A stretch of 64,000 nt of DNA from Selaginella moellendorffii (lineage: Eukaryota; Plantae; Lycopodiophyta): assembly GCF_000143415.4 (NCBI RefSeq), contig NW_003314267.1:3786446-3850445 (forward strand), written 5' to 3'. Made by a program: the position numbers and the translations under genes. Shown one piece after another: positions 25,901 through 38,898 of this stretch. The number at the start of each line of letters is the position of its first letter. Within the stretch, counting starts at the first letter, position 1. The notes below the pieces were generated by a model, which saw only the letters and a program-made list of their open reading frames with translations, was not told the DNA's origin and did no database searches.

Positions 25901-28900
25901 TTACTTGTAGACTTAGTCGAGGACTGTTGACACTTGCTTCGCTTGATGATGATTTACCAGTGATGGGTTTGCTTTACCGAATGGTGTTGCGGAGGATTGT
26001 GTCATTAGACTTACATGAGTTTTTCATGTTGACACATTGACTCTACCTCTGTTGATATCATTGGGTTACATCTAGTCCATAATGTTGGATTTCATTGAGT
26101 CTTGGACGTGGTGAATCACTCATTGATGATGTGTTATCTAAAACTGAGTTTTGCTGAAGGAATTGGTCTCGGATACTGATTAAGGTATCTTCGACCTTGG
26201 TTAGCTTGGTTGTTAGAGAGCTTTAGGTGGTGATTCACTCGTGCTTTCTTCTAGTGTTGATGGCATTAAAGTGATGCCTTGTTGATATTATTGATGTTGA
26301 GATTCAAGTGAGATGAAATGTCTATCTTTAAGATTGATATTGAGTTTCATTACTCTCGATAAAGATAGTGTTGATGGTTTGGCCATGACTTTGTGTTATT
26401 AGCATTCATGCATTTGCTAATTAACAACTATGTTGACGTTCAAATGAACTAAGTGACAAGTTGAGTTAGTTTTGTTTTAGACGAGATTGTTTAGTAGAGG
26501 TTGAACTTTGAGCTTTTCCTTGAAAAGTGATTTAATTGTGGACTATGCTAACTCTATGAAAGGAAAAGTTAGTGATTGGTATTGAAGTGATTAAATCCTT
26601 GTTGGGTTCCAGTTAGGATATATTGATCATTGATGATTCTTCTTGTACTTGTTATGAAGTGAGTTACGTCTTTCTATAGATGGATTTATAGAGGATCAAA
26701 TTGAATGATCACTTATTGAGCATAATTTCGTTATACTTAGCTTTTGGATTGATGCAAACATACTCTTCATTAGCTTTTGTATTATGAAGTTTGGCTTATG
26801 GATGTGTTGAAGAGGGTATTGTGGGTTGTCCATGATTTCTTCTTTAGCATTGAAATTAGTTCATGCAAGACTCGTGATCATTGTTAGGCAAGACTTGGGT
26901 ATAGGCTTTTTTTAGCTTTTGGTTTTTTTTTAAGTTTCATGCTCAATATCCCATTTGTTAGAAGTTGTTGGGGGAAGGCATTTTGGCTCATTATTTTCTA
27001 TGTTGAAGTTAGCTTTTGCATCTAGCAATCATTGGTGATGATTGACTATCATCTAGGATAGTTGATTATCCTTGTCAAAAGGTTTTGCTTGATTATTGTT
27101 GGTATAGAATGGTTTGCCATTCTTCGGGATGGTGGATTCCTTCTTAGACGATGATTATGCATCTCTTTATTGATGAAATGATTGATGATCTTTCATGATG
27201 GTTAGTTGTTCTCTTTGATGGCTTATGGCTTTTCGCATTACCACATATTCTTTGTGGTTTGCTTTGGATTGGTCTTTGGGTTTGAGATATCAGTAGGATG
27301 TGCCGATACTTGCTTAAGCAATTCTGGTTCCTTCATATTGTTAACTGGGATCTATTCAGATTGGCTGGTATGATGGTTGGCATGACTATATGAGAAATAC
27401 ATAAACTTAAATGAGTTACGAGGCAACTTCTTTGTCTAACACGGATGCGCTACCAACTCAGACACCTTCCAGCCGTCGCCGACAAGGAAATGACCAACGG
27501 AGTCAGCCACCCTTGCTACTTTGGGAGTCACCCAGCTTACAAAAGTGTGATATGCCCCTACCCGCAGGGACATAGAGAGAGGAGCTAGAGGCCTCAACCC
27601 TCATGAGCAAAGAAACCAAATCCGTTAGTAAGGTTTAGATAGACTACTGTAAACAGGAAGTTAGAGTTGTTTACACGGTCATGCCCTTTTAACAGAATAA
27701 GGATCATTGACAGAGAAGCGGGTTATGTGACCAGTCGATAGTAGCTATCCCATGACTAGAGATTTCACCATGCACACGAAGTGCCGAAGCCAGTCTACCT
27801 ATACTGGCCCAAACTCAAAGATCAATAGATGGACAATATCAAAGTCATAAACAATTATATTTTAGAGACTTAATTATCAGTGAATATATCTTAGATTAGA
27901 ACACAAAAGTATTCCAAGTAAGTTATCATTCGATAAACCAATATTATAGGATAGGAACTACCAAGATCACTATCATTGGAAAACATAGGATTCACCATCC
28001 AATAAAATTCAATAGCAAGTATATCATCAAGGAAACTCAATGATGAAACTTAACTATCGAAGATGGTAGACAGTATGCCAAACAACTTACTAAAGATAAT
28101 TTAAAGAACACAAAGTATCATTGACTGGCAAATAGAAACTATGACTATCCTATAATACTTGTTTATCGGATGATAACTTAATTGGAATACTTTTGTGTTC
28201 TAATCTAAGATTTATTCACTGATAATTAAATCTCTAAGATATTATTGTCTATGACTTTGATATTGTCCGTATATTGATCTTTGAGTTTGGGCAAGTATAG
28301 GCAAACTGGCTTCGACACTTCGTGTGCATGTTAAAATCTTTAGTCATGGGGTAACTACTATCGACTGGTCACATAACCCGCCTTTTTGTCGATGTTCCTT
28401 ATTCCGTTAAAAGGGCGTGACTGTGTAAACATCTCTAACTGCCTCTTTACAGTAGTCTATCTAAACCTTACCGACGGGTTTGGTTTCTTTGCTCATGAGT
28501 GTTGGGGCTTCTGGCTTTTCTCTCTATGTCCTTGCAGATAGGGACATATCACACTTTTGTAGCTGGGTGACACCCAGAGTAGCAAGGGTGGCTGACTCTG
28601 TTGGTCATTTCCTTGTCGGCGACGGCCGGAAGGTGTCTGAGCTGGTAGCGCATCTGCGTTAGACAAAGAGGTTGCCCCCTAACTCATTTAAGTTAGTGCA
28701 TTTCTCACATAGTGTGAGTACCGTGAACTTTTTCTAGAGTTGTTTCCTTGGCGGTATTCTAGACTCAAATATGCATCGACGAGGATGTCGATCTTCCCTA
28801 GGGGGGGGAGAGTATTACGAATGTGACTTCGGGTATCGAAAGTTATTTGTCGACCGGTCCTTATAGACACTCTTTCCTTACTGCCACGACGGCAGGAGGT

Positions 28901-29565
28901 CGGTATTATTGGTTCCCTTTATCAGCCCCTCTTGTTCAAGTGTTTGTTTACTGGGCTTAGCACCTGTACTTAGCCAGATGGACATAAGGTAGGAACTCCT
29001 ATGTGTTTCTAGCTGAGCATACTTAGCCTGGCTCTTAGTTCTCTTTTGCTCTATCTTGCATTGGCTTGACAAAAACCCTCGTGTATTGAGATTAGTCCCT
29101 TAATATCGCTGGATGATAGCTTACCGTGTTTGCCAAACACCCTCGCTATCATGCCCTTTGTATTAGTCTAGATGCTATTTATGGAAAGTGTCTAGATTTG
29201 CTCATTTGGCATATCTACGGAATGTAAAGATCATCCTGAACACAATGGTGTTTGTCCCGTGTCCAAATTCGCAATCTAGGGACATTCCATATTTAGTAAG
29301 TTTCAAGCTTGTCCCAGAGATTAACTCTTGATACTAAAAGAGGCTTGGAGTGAAAGCCCAAAGCATGTGTTCCTCAGAGGGGGGGGGGGCGGGGGCTGTG
29401 GGGGGTTCCAAATGTATAGTAGGGATAGTGGGTAGGTTGGGCATGGCTGACCAACCTGAGGCATAGTCTAGCTCTCACTTGTGTGCTTGTCTTTGTTTTG
29501 TGTCCGGCTTGGGTCTAAGCCCGTAAATCACCATAGGATAAAAGGTAAAAACCACACGCACTACA
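22950..29565 (+). mobile_element. LTR retrotransposon copy B (5' LTR partly deleted; inverted repeat ~27385-28713)
   Basis: Matches ~5177-11793 at offset ~17773. PBS at ~23512. Confidence 0.85.
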
Positions 29566-30507
29566 CAAGGCGAGGAAAGATAACATGGCCGAAAGATCAC
29601 ATATGTTAGCTATGGCCCAAAGTATTAACCACTTTACAAGAAGCAAAATATTTTTAAGTGTATAAGAGGCTTGTTCTTTGGCCTGGTTTGTGCTTTGTCC
29701 CTTGTCCTAGGTCAACTTTAGCAAACTTAAGTGTTTGATATCCCTCCTGTGATGTTCTAGAGATTTTTGGTGGAACCTTCATATAATAATTTTAAAAGGT
29801 TAAAAGTTGTAACTTGAGAATTTTAGAGAAAAATACCTATGATCACAATTAAAAATGTTGATTAGACTCTTGAAATCATTTGTAACTACTTGGAATTCTG
29901 GTATTAAAATTGAAATTGATAAAAAGTGAGGCAAAATAATTTTTTGGACATCAAATATAAAGAAACAAAACAAAATATCACCATATTTTAATTGTAACAC
30001 CCCAAGCTACCTGAGTCATATAAGACAAAATTTATGATCATGATGAAATTGATGTTTATGAATGATTCTATTTTAGATTTAAAAAAACATGTTTAAATGA
30101 AATTTATGTTCACCTGGGTCCATGTGAGACGAAATTCTTGCTTGCCCATACTTTGGGTAGGATGTGTGAACTCCCACAAATGAGTTTTGGCCCCTATCTT
30201 TCACGTTTTCTTGTCTTCTTTGCCACACAAGTTTCAACATGGCAAAAGATAACAAAATTTAACAAGAGGCCTCACACTTTACATGTCAATTTGGAGTGGC
30301 CAAGGCGAGACAAGATGTCGATGCCACTCATTCCCTGCCCCTATGCTTGCCACCATCCCTTGTACGGAAGAACACAGAAACAATTACTTTGTACGGTGGT
30401 TCTGCCAAGACATAAGAACGCTCTGGATCCTTCTCTACCTCAAAGAGAACTTGGTGCCTTTCTTCTCATTGAATGAATCTCAAGCGATGGGTCACGGGAC
30501 ATAGACT

Positions 30508-32720
30508 ATGTTCTTGGTTCGTATTGGTCTCGGGGAAAGAAAAGGATTGAGAAGAAGATATTTCGCAGCTCTAGCAGAAACTTCTCGAGATCTTGTCGAA
30601 GATTCGCAAGCCTCGTACGCTCGCTCGCTGCGCCATTGCCGAGCTCAAAGATCTCCTCCAAGGCAAGTCCGTCCACCGCCGGATCAATCAGGCAGGCCTC
30701 CAGAGAAATTTCCAGCTGGGCAATCTCCTCCTCCAAATGTATGGAAATGCGGGGATTTAAGCAGCGCTCAAGAAGTCTTCGATTCCATCCCAGAAAAACC
30801 ACGCTCGCCTGGTCCCTATTCGTCACCGCATATGCCCAGAATGGGCATACCAGGTCTCTACGACTCTATGCAAAGCCACGGCCTTTTTCCAAGTGACTTT
30901 ACCATCTCGGTGGCCCTCAGCTCCTGTTCCAGCCTCAAGAGCTTCGAGCGAGGAGCGAGGATCCATCGCTGGGCTGACGAGCACGGCTATGGCTCCAACC
31001 TTCTCGTCCAGAACGCGCTCGTCAACTTCTACGCAAAGTGCTCCAAGATCCCAGAGGCAATGAAACTGTTTGGCGAGATGAGCGAGCGAACGAGTGTCAC
31101 CTGGAACGCAGTCATTTCGGCTCACGCCCAGAACGATCGCTGGCACTCTCGATCTCTATCGCGAGATGCTGGCCGAGGCTGTCGAGCCGAGTAGCGTCAC
31201 CTTTGCGGTGGCTCTTAGCGCTTGCTCCAGCTTGGGAGCTATGGAGGAAGGCTGGAGAATCCACGCTCGGTTCTCACTGTGTGGATTCCACCGCGCCACC
31301 ATCGCCCAGAATGGGCTCGTAAGCATGTACGCCAAGTGTGGCTGCCTGGACGGAAGCTCGAGCTATCTTCAATGGAATCCTGGAGCGAACTGTCGTCTCG
31401 TGGTCTGCCATGATCGGAGCTTATGCTCTCCATGGCCGCGGCCAGGAAGCTCTCCTTCTCTTTCATAGGATGAGAAAAGATGGAAGAGTGGAGCCGAATG
31501 CCATGACTTTCACTGGAGTTTTCAATGCCTGTGGCGTGGTCGAGGATCTGGAGCAAGGCAGAGAGATTCACGCTCTCGCCATGGCGAGTGGAGAGCTCAA
31601 ATCATCCAGCCCCATCCTGGAGAACGCGCTGCTGAACATGTTCGTGAGGTGTGGCAGCCTGGAAGAAGCTCGCAAAGTCTTCGACGCGATGGATCATCCG
31701 GACGCCTTCTCATGGACGAACATGATCACCGCTTGCACAGAGAACTGCGAGCTTCTCGAGGCGTTGGGCTCTTCCACTGGATGAATTTGAAAGGGGTCCC
31801 TCCAACCAGTGTCACGCTCGCCAGCGTCCTCAATGCGTGTGCTTGTTCTGGAGCTCTCAAAGTTGGCAAGCAAATCCATGCCCGCTTTGATGCCAGCGGC
31901 TTTCTCCGCCATGCAAACCAGGAACTCTGTATCCTGGACTGCGATGATTGCCGCGCTTGCTCAGCACGGCCAGGGCGATGAAGCTCTCGAGCTCTTCAAG
32001 GAGATGAACTTGGAAGGCATGGTGGCCGACGCCACCACTTTCATCTGCGTTCTCTGCGCTTGCAGCCATGCCGGGCTCATCAAGGAGAGCCTCGAGTTCT
32101 TCCACAGCATGGTGGAGGACTACGCCATCGCTCCAACTGAGACGCACTACTGCCGAGCGCTGGACACGATTGGCCGCGCGGGGCGCCTCCAGGACGCCGA
32201 GGAGCTGATCCACAGCATGCCTTTTCACCCCGAGACAGTGACATGGAAGACGCTGCTCAACTCTTGTAGAATCCATAGCCAGGCCGAGCGAGCTACAAAG
32301 GTAGCGGAGCTCCTCGCGAAGGTCGCGCCCGAGGATAGCATGGCATACACGCTGCTGGGAAACGTCTACGCTGCCACCGAGAGATATGGAGACCAAATGA
32401 GAGTGAGGAAGAGCATGACGGATCGGGGCCTCAAGAAAGTACCCGGGAAGAGCTTCATCGAGGTGAAGAACAAGGTCCATGAGTTCGTCGCTGGCGATCG
32501 AGCTCATCCCAGCCGAGACGAGATCTTGCTAGAGTTGGAGAAGCTCGGCGGAAGGATGAGAGAAGCCAGGTACGTTCCAAACACGAAGGACGTCCTTCAT
32601 GCCGTGAACGAGGAGGAGAAAGAGCAGCTGATTGGATTGCACAGTGAGAAGCTGGCCATTGCGTTTGGGTTGATCGCCACACCACCTGGAACTCCTCTCT
32701 TGATCGTCAAGAACCTCTAA
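30508..32720 (+). pseudogene. PLS-PPR-E-DYW pseudogene, copy B (DYW truncated)
   Basis: Same frameshifts as copy A. 303-aa terminal ORF with intact PG box (KKVPGKSFIEV) but ending IVKNL*. Confidence 0.95.
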
Positions 32721-35700
32721 GTGTATTATCATACTTGTTTTGACAATAGTAAAGGTACTAAGAGTTAGACTTCTATATATTTTAAACAAAATATTATTAA
32801 ATACTTTTTTTTGTAATTCGTCGAGCTATTTAAGCAATTTCGTTAAATCTATCATTTGCTAGCGTATTTAGACACATAAGATATTTTAGTTTTTGCTTTT
32901 TTATACTTTTGTCTAGTCACACAGAGTTGGGATCAACCAACTACAAGTATAAGTCTATAAACAAAATGTATCTTCTGATACGTGTGGTGGATTGCTAGTA
33001 AACATTTTTATTTTGCTTACCCCAATTCCCTTGTTCAACTTCTATTAGAACTATGAAGGGTCATCAATTTTCAATCTTTCCACCTAGGTGTACAAGAGGA
33101 CCTTTCCTTTCTACCCATGCCTAATGCGGTTAAGATTAATTTAGTGCATAGTTTCTTGTGCAAAATAATGAATTTTAGAGTAGCTTGCTTACTTCATAAT
33201 GGGTCTTACCCTCTAGCTTATAGTTAATCTTGCCCTTACAACTATGGAATTAGAAAATGTAGCTTATTATTCTTAGCAAATTTTAGGCAAACCTTTTTTA
33301 AATGGATCAACATTAATTTGAATGAGGCATGGAGGTCATTCCGTGAAATTGTCATATGAAATCAACAAAAGGGTCAAATTGTCTAGCACATGATAGCTTA
33401 TTCTAGATTAATTTGTTTGTGGAATGATGTTAAGTAGCTTTTTAAATATGTGATAGCTAATTCATGGAGGACTTTACTTCAGATTTAGACAAAAATTACT
33501 TTTCAATGCATATTTTTCTCTAGCCTTTTCGTCAACGGGTGATAATAGTCAATACAAGTTTTTGTTCAAGTTTGTATGACAAATTTTTGAGCTTTATAAT
33601 GTATTTCAAAATTTCTAGTTTTAGAGAAAACCCTTTTTATCTATAAGCTTATTCTAATTCTTTAGATACAATAGTAATGTTTCCAAGACTAACGCCTACA
33701 CCTAGTAGTAAGCTCTATAGCTCTTTATTCTATATTTATGGTGTGAAGCCTCTCAACTACTTCATCTAGCAAAAGCTCAATTAGCATATGGGGTGATCTG
33801 TGCATTCTAAACGTAGGCAAAAATTAAACTATAACTCTTACTAAAGTAGTTATATAATTTTGTTTATGTGGAAAATATTCACTAAGTGGAAATTCTCTCT
33901 TGTAAGGAGGTATATATAATTGTCGATTACATCTCATAAGGGTGGTTAACACCTTGCAAATGGTGTTTCACACTTAGAATGGTGAGTATTTCCCCTAGCA
34001 ATTAAATGTCACTTAACTAATCTAAAGGACAGATTTTCCCACCTATTCACTTATATATTTACTTTTTGTTTATGCTTCACTTTAGGGGATATAGGGTGTA
34101 TTTCATGTAATTGCCCTTGATTCCTCCCTATGAGGTTGGATGTGATGTGAGTGCTCTCAAAATGTATAAGAGAGTGACACCTTTCACACTGAGCAATATT
34201 TATAATTTGAGTAAGCTCTATACGTATAAAAGATGAGCTTTGATTAATTTGCCTAGATGTACTAAGTGTAGAGCAATTCATGATAATTGCTTTTGAATTT
34301 CTGACTTGTGAGTCTTGTTTAAGCCTCATAGGCTTTTGCAATATACGTAGGAGACTTAAACTTGGGACAAGTCTACTCTTAAACCATGTCTGAGTAGTTT
34401 TCCAAGTTAAAGGACCTTGGTTGAGACAACACAATGTTTTAATGGTGATTTTACCTTTGTTAAAGCCTCGTAAAATTTTGGTGAATAATTTTCCAATTTA
34501 TTCTTCACTAAGGCTGGCTCTAGCTCTCTTTAAACTAGAGTTGAAGATAAAAGTTATAGGTGCCCAATTTTCCTGCTTGTATATGCCTAAAACAATTGTG
34601 ACATTCTGCTGAAAAATATATCCTTTAAAAACCCAAATGAGAATTTACTCAAAAGTAAAGAAATTTCGAGTAGTTAATTATGTTTTCCAAAGCAAATAAA
34701 CTCCTTTCCTTCTTTTTTTAATTTTTATCAAGAAATTATTGGCTAAATAATTTGAACTTGAGTTTATTGGCAACGTATGCCGAACTAGACAAAGGTAGTT
34801 TTTTAAAGGAAAACAAGGCTTAATGCAATAGTGCCGACCTAAGGTATGGTTTTTCAAGCTCTAATTTGTGCCAATTTCAAACTTGTCCCATACTCTGTGG
34901 CTTAGGTGACAAATCTTTCTTGTGTTGTTTGGGCACTAAATTATTGCAATCACAAAAAAACTCTTTTGTTCAGTGTTGTCTAGGTTTGCAATCACTAAAG
35001 AGATCTACTTATGATTCTTAGTGTTAGGCATGTTTAGAATTCACAAGCGATTTTCTTCCGGCTGTTTTTCAAATCAAAGAGTGACGGTTTATCCCAAAGT
35101 GGTCATCAAAAGTGAATAAAACGTTTTCTACTTATACTTGCTTTTTTGCTCTTATCTATAAAATATTGACAAACAAATAGAAACAAGAACATAGAGAAGA
35201 GAAGAAAAAAAAAAAGAATGAGAAGAGAATAAAAAAATGAATTTTGCTTTGAACCCCAAAGACGTGAGTAAAGATAAACATATATCACTCTCTCAACTCT
35301 ACTTTGCACAAACAGTCATAAATAAAAGAAAAAATAGTTAATTCAATGTAAATGCATATAACAGTCAGTTAAGGTTATTTTCCAGCACGTCTAAGTACTA
35401 AGAATCATTTCAATCGACAAAAATGGGTCTATGATCCACCTATATATTACATAATTTTATAATTGTTTCTAATTGCTTCACGTTTATCTATGACGAGTGT
35501 TGTATAAGTCAAATCTTTCTTTTTTGGATGCCTAAGCTTAAACATAACTCCATTTCATTTAAGCTTTTCTTCTTTTGCTTTATTTGGGATGATACACAAA
35601 ATAAAACATTTACCTCTTCATCACATACTATAGTCTTTTTTGAGACAACATGGAAAGAAATTTATTTACTTAAGGCTTAGTGGGGGAATTGAGAACTCTT

Positions 35701-38700
35701 TTGAGACAACGTGGAAAGAAATTTATTTGCTTAAGGCCTAATAAGGGAATTGTTTTGAGAACTCATTACTTTTCTACATCTCATGAGCTTTTAAAGAACA
35801 CAATGAAATACATATGGCATTGTAGTATATATGGTTTTCACCTTTTACTCTATGGTGATTTATTATAAGATAATTATGAAGCAAAACATAACCCTTGAAC
35901 ACATAGGCCAAAGATAGTGGAATGGAATCTAAGTTTAAAGACCTTAGGCCATTGAAAGAAGGGATAGAGTCAAACTCTTAAGCTATAGTCAAACTCCTTG
36001 AAAAGTGATTTAATTGTGGACTATGCTAACTCTATGAAAGGAAAAGTTAGTGATTGGTATTGAAGTGATTAAATCCTTATTGGGTTCCAGTTAGGATATA
36101 TTGATCATTGATGATTCTTCTTGTACTTGTTATGAAGTGAGTTACGTCTTTCTATAGATGGATTTATAGAGGATCAAATTGAATGATCACTTATTGAGCA
36201 TAATTTCGTTATACTTAACTTTTGGATTGATGCAAACATACTCTTCATTAGCTTTTGTATTATGAAGTTTGGCTTATGGATGTGTTGAAGAGGGTATTGT
36301 GGGTTGTCCATGATTTCTTCTTTAGCATTGAAATTAGTTCATGCAAGACTCGTGATCATTGTTAGGCAAGACTTGGGTATAGGCTTCTTTTAGCTTTTGG
36401 TTTTTTTTTGAGTTTCATGCTCAATATCCCATTTGCTAGAAGTTGTTGGGGGAAGGCATTTTGGCTCATTATTTTCTATGTTGAAGTTAGCTTTTGCATC
36501 TAGCAATCATTGGTGATGATTGACTATCATCTAGGATAGTTGATTATCTTTGTCAAAAGGTTTTGCTTGATTATTGTTGGTATAGAATGATTTGCCATTC
36601 TTCGGGATGGTGGATTCCTTCTTAGACGATGATTATGCATCTCTTTATTGATAAAATGATTGATGATCTTTCATGATGGTTAGTTGTTCTCTTTGATGGC
36701 TTATGGCTTTTCGCATTACCACATATTCTTTGTGGTTTGCTTTGGATTGGTCTTTGGGTTTGAGATATCAGTAGGATGTGCCGATACTTGCTTAAGCAAT
36801 TTTGGTTCCTTCGTATTGTTAACTGGGATCTATTCAGATTGGCTGGTATGATGGTTGGCATGACTATATGAGAAATACATAAACTTAAATGAGTTACGAG
36901 GCAACTTCTTTGTCTAACACGGATGCGCTACCAACTCAGACACCTTCCAGCCGTCGCCGACAAGGAAATGACCAACGGAGTCAGCCACCCTTGCTACTTT
37001 GGGAGTCACCCAGCTTACAAAAGTGTGATATGCCCCTACCCGCAGGGACATAGAGAGAGGAGCTAGAGGCCTCAACCCTCATGAGCAAAGAAACCAAATC
37101 CGTTAGTAAGGTTTAGATAGACTACTGTAAACAGGAAGTTAGAGTTGTTTACACGGTCATGCCCTTTTAACAGAATAAGGATCATTGACAGAGAAGCGGG
37201 TTATGTGACCAGTCGATAGTAGCTATCCCATGACTAGAGATTTCACCATGCACACGAAGTGCCGAAGCCAGTCTACCTATACTGGCCCAAACTCAAAGAT
37301 CAATAGATGGACAATATCAAAGTCATAAACAATTATATTTTAGAGACTTAATTATCAGTGAATATATCTTAGATTAGAACACAAAAGTATTCCAAGTAAG
37401 TTATCATTCGATAAACCAATATTATAGGATAGGAACTACCAAGATCACTATCATTGGAAAACATAGGATTCACCATCCAATAAAATTCAATAGCAAGTAT
37501 ATCATCAAGGAAACTCAATGATGAAACTTAACTATCGAAGATGGTAGACAGTATGCCAAACAACTTACTAAAGGTAACTTAAAGAACACAAAGTATCATT
37601 GACTGGCAAATAGAAACTATGACTATCCTATAATACTTGTTTATCGGATGATAACTTAATTGGAATACTTTTGTGTTCTAATCTAAGATTTATTCACTGA
37701 TAATTAAATCTCTAAGATATTATTGTCTATGACTTTGATATTGTCCGTATATTGATCTTTGAGTTTGGGCAAGTATAGGCAAACTGGCTTCGGCACTTCG
37801 TGTGCATGTTAAAATCTTTAGTCATGGGGTAGCTACTATCGACTGGTCACATAACCCGCCTTTTTGTCGATGTTCCTTATTCCGTTAAAAGGGCGTGACT
37901 GTGTAAACATCTCTAACTGCCTATTTACAATAGTCTATTTAAACCTTACCGACAGGTTTGGTTTCTTTGCTCATGAGTGTTGGGGCTTCTGGCTTTTCTC
38001 TCTATGTCCTTGCAGGTAGGGACATATCACACTTTTGTAGCTGGGTGACACCCAGAGCAACAAGGGTGGCTGACTCTGTTGGTCATTTCCTTGTCGGCGA
38101 CGGCCGGAAGGTGTCTGAGCTGGTAGCGCATCCGCGTTAGACAAAGAGGTTGCCCCCTAACTCATTTAAGTTAGTGCATTTCTCACATAGTGTGAGTACC
38201 GTGAACTTTTTCTAGAGTTGTTTCCTTGGCGGTATTCTAGACTCAAATATGCATCGATGAGGATGTTGATCTTCCCTAGGGGGGGGAGAGTATTGCGAAT
38301 GTGACTTCGGGTATCGAAAGTTATTTGTCGACCGGTCCTTATAGACACTCTTTCCTTACTGCCACGACGGCAGGAGGTCGGTATTATTGGTTCCCTTTAT
38401 CAGCCCCTCTTGTTCAAGTGTTTGTTTACTGGGCTTAGCACCTGTACTTAGCCAGATGGACATAAGGTAGGAACTCCTATGTGTTTCTAGCTGAGCATAC
38501 TCGGCCTGGCTCTTAGTTCTCTTTTGCTCTATCTTGCATTGGCTTGACAAAAACCCTTGTGTATTGAGATTAGTCCCTTAATATCGCTGGATGATAGCTT
38601 ACCGTGTTTGCCAAACACCCTCGCTATCATGCCTTTTGTATTAGTCTCAATTCATCCTAGATGCTATTTATGGAAAGTGTCTAGATTTGCTCATTTGGCA

Positions 38701-38865
38701 TATCTACGGAATGTAAAGATCATCCTGAACACAATGGTGTTTGTCCCGTGTCCAAATTCGCAATTTAGGGACATTCCATATTTAGTAAGTTTCGAGTTTG
38801 TCCTAGAGATTAACTCCTGATACTAAAGGAGGCTTGGAGTGAAAGCCCAAAGCATGTGTTCCTCA

Positions 38866-38898
<33 letters not shown>

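Larger units (their letters stand above)
14930..32717. repeat. Tandem segmental duplication unit B (17,788 bp)
   Basis: Bounded by identical junctions AAGAACCTC|TAAGTGTATT at 14929/14930 and 32717/32718. Lacks ~2.09 kb relative to unit A at ~22947. Confidence 0.95.

Noticed and set aside
38868-38898. ~31-nt poly-G run
   Set aside because: It replaces a shorter G-rich segment seen in the other copies; likely slippage or a sequencing artefact.
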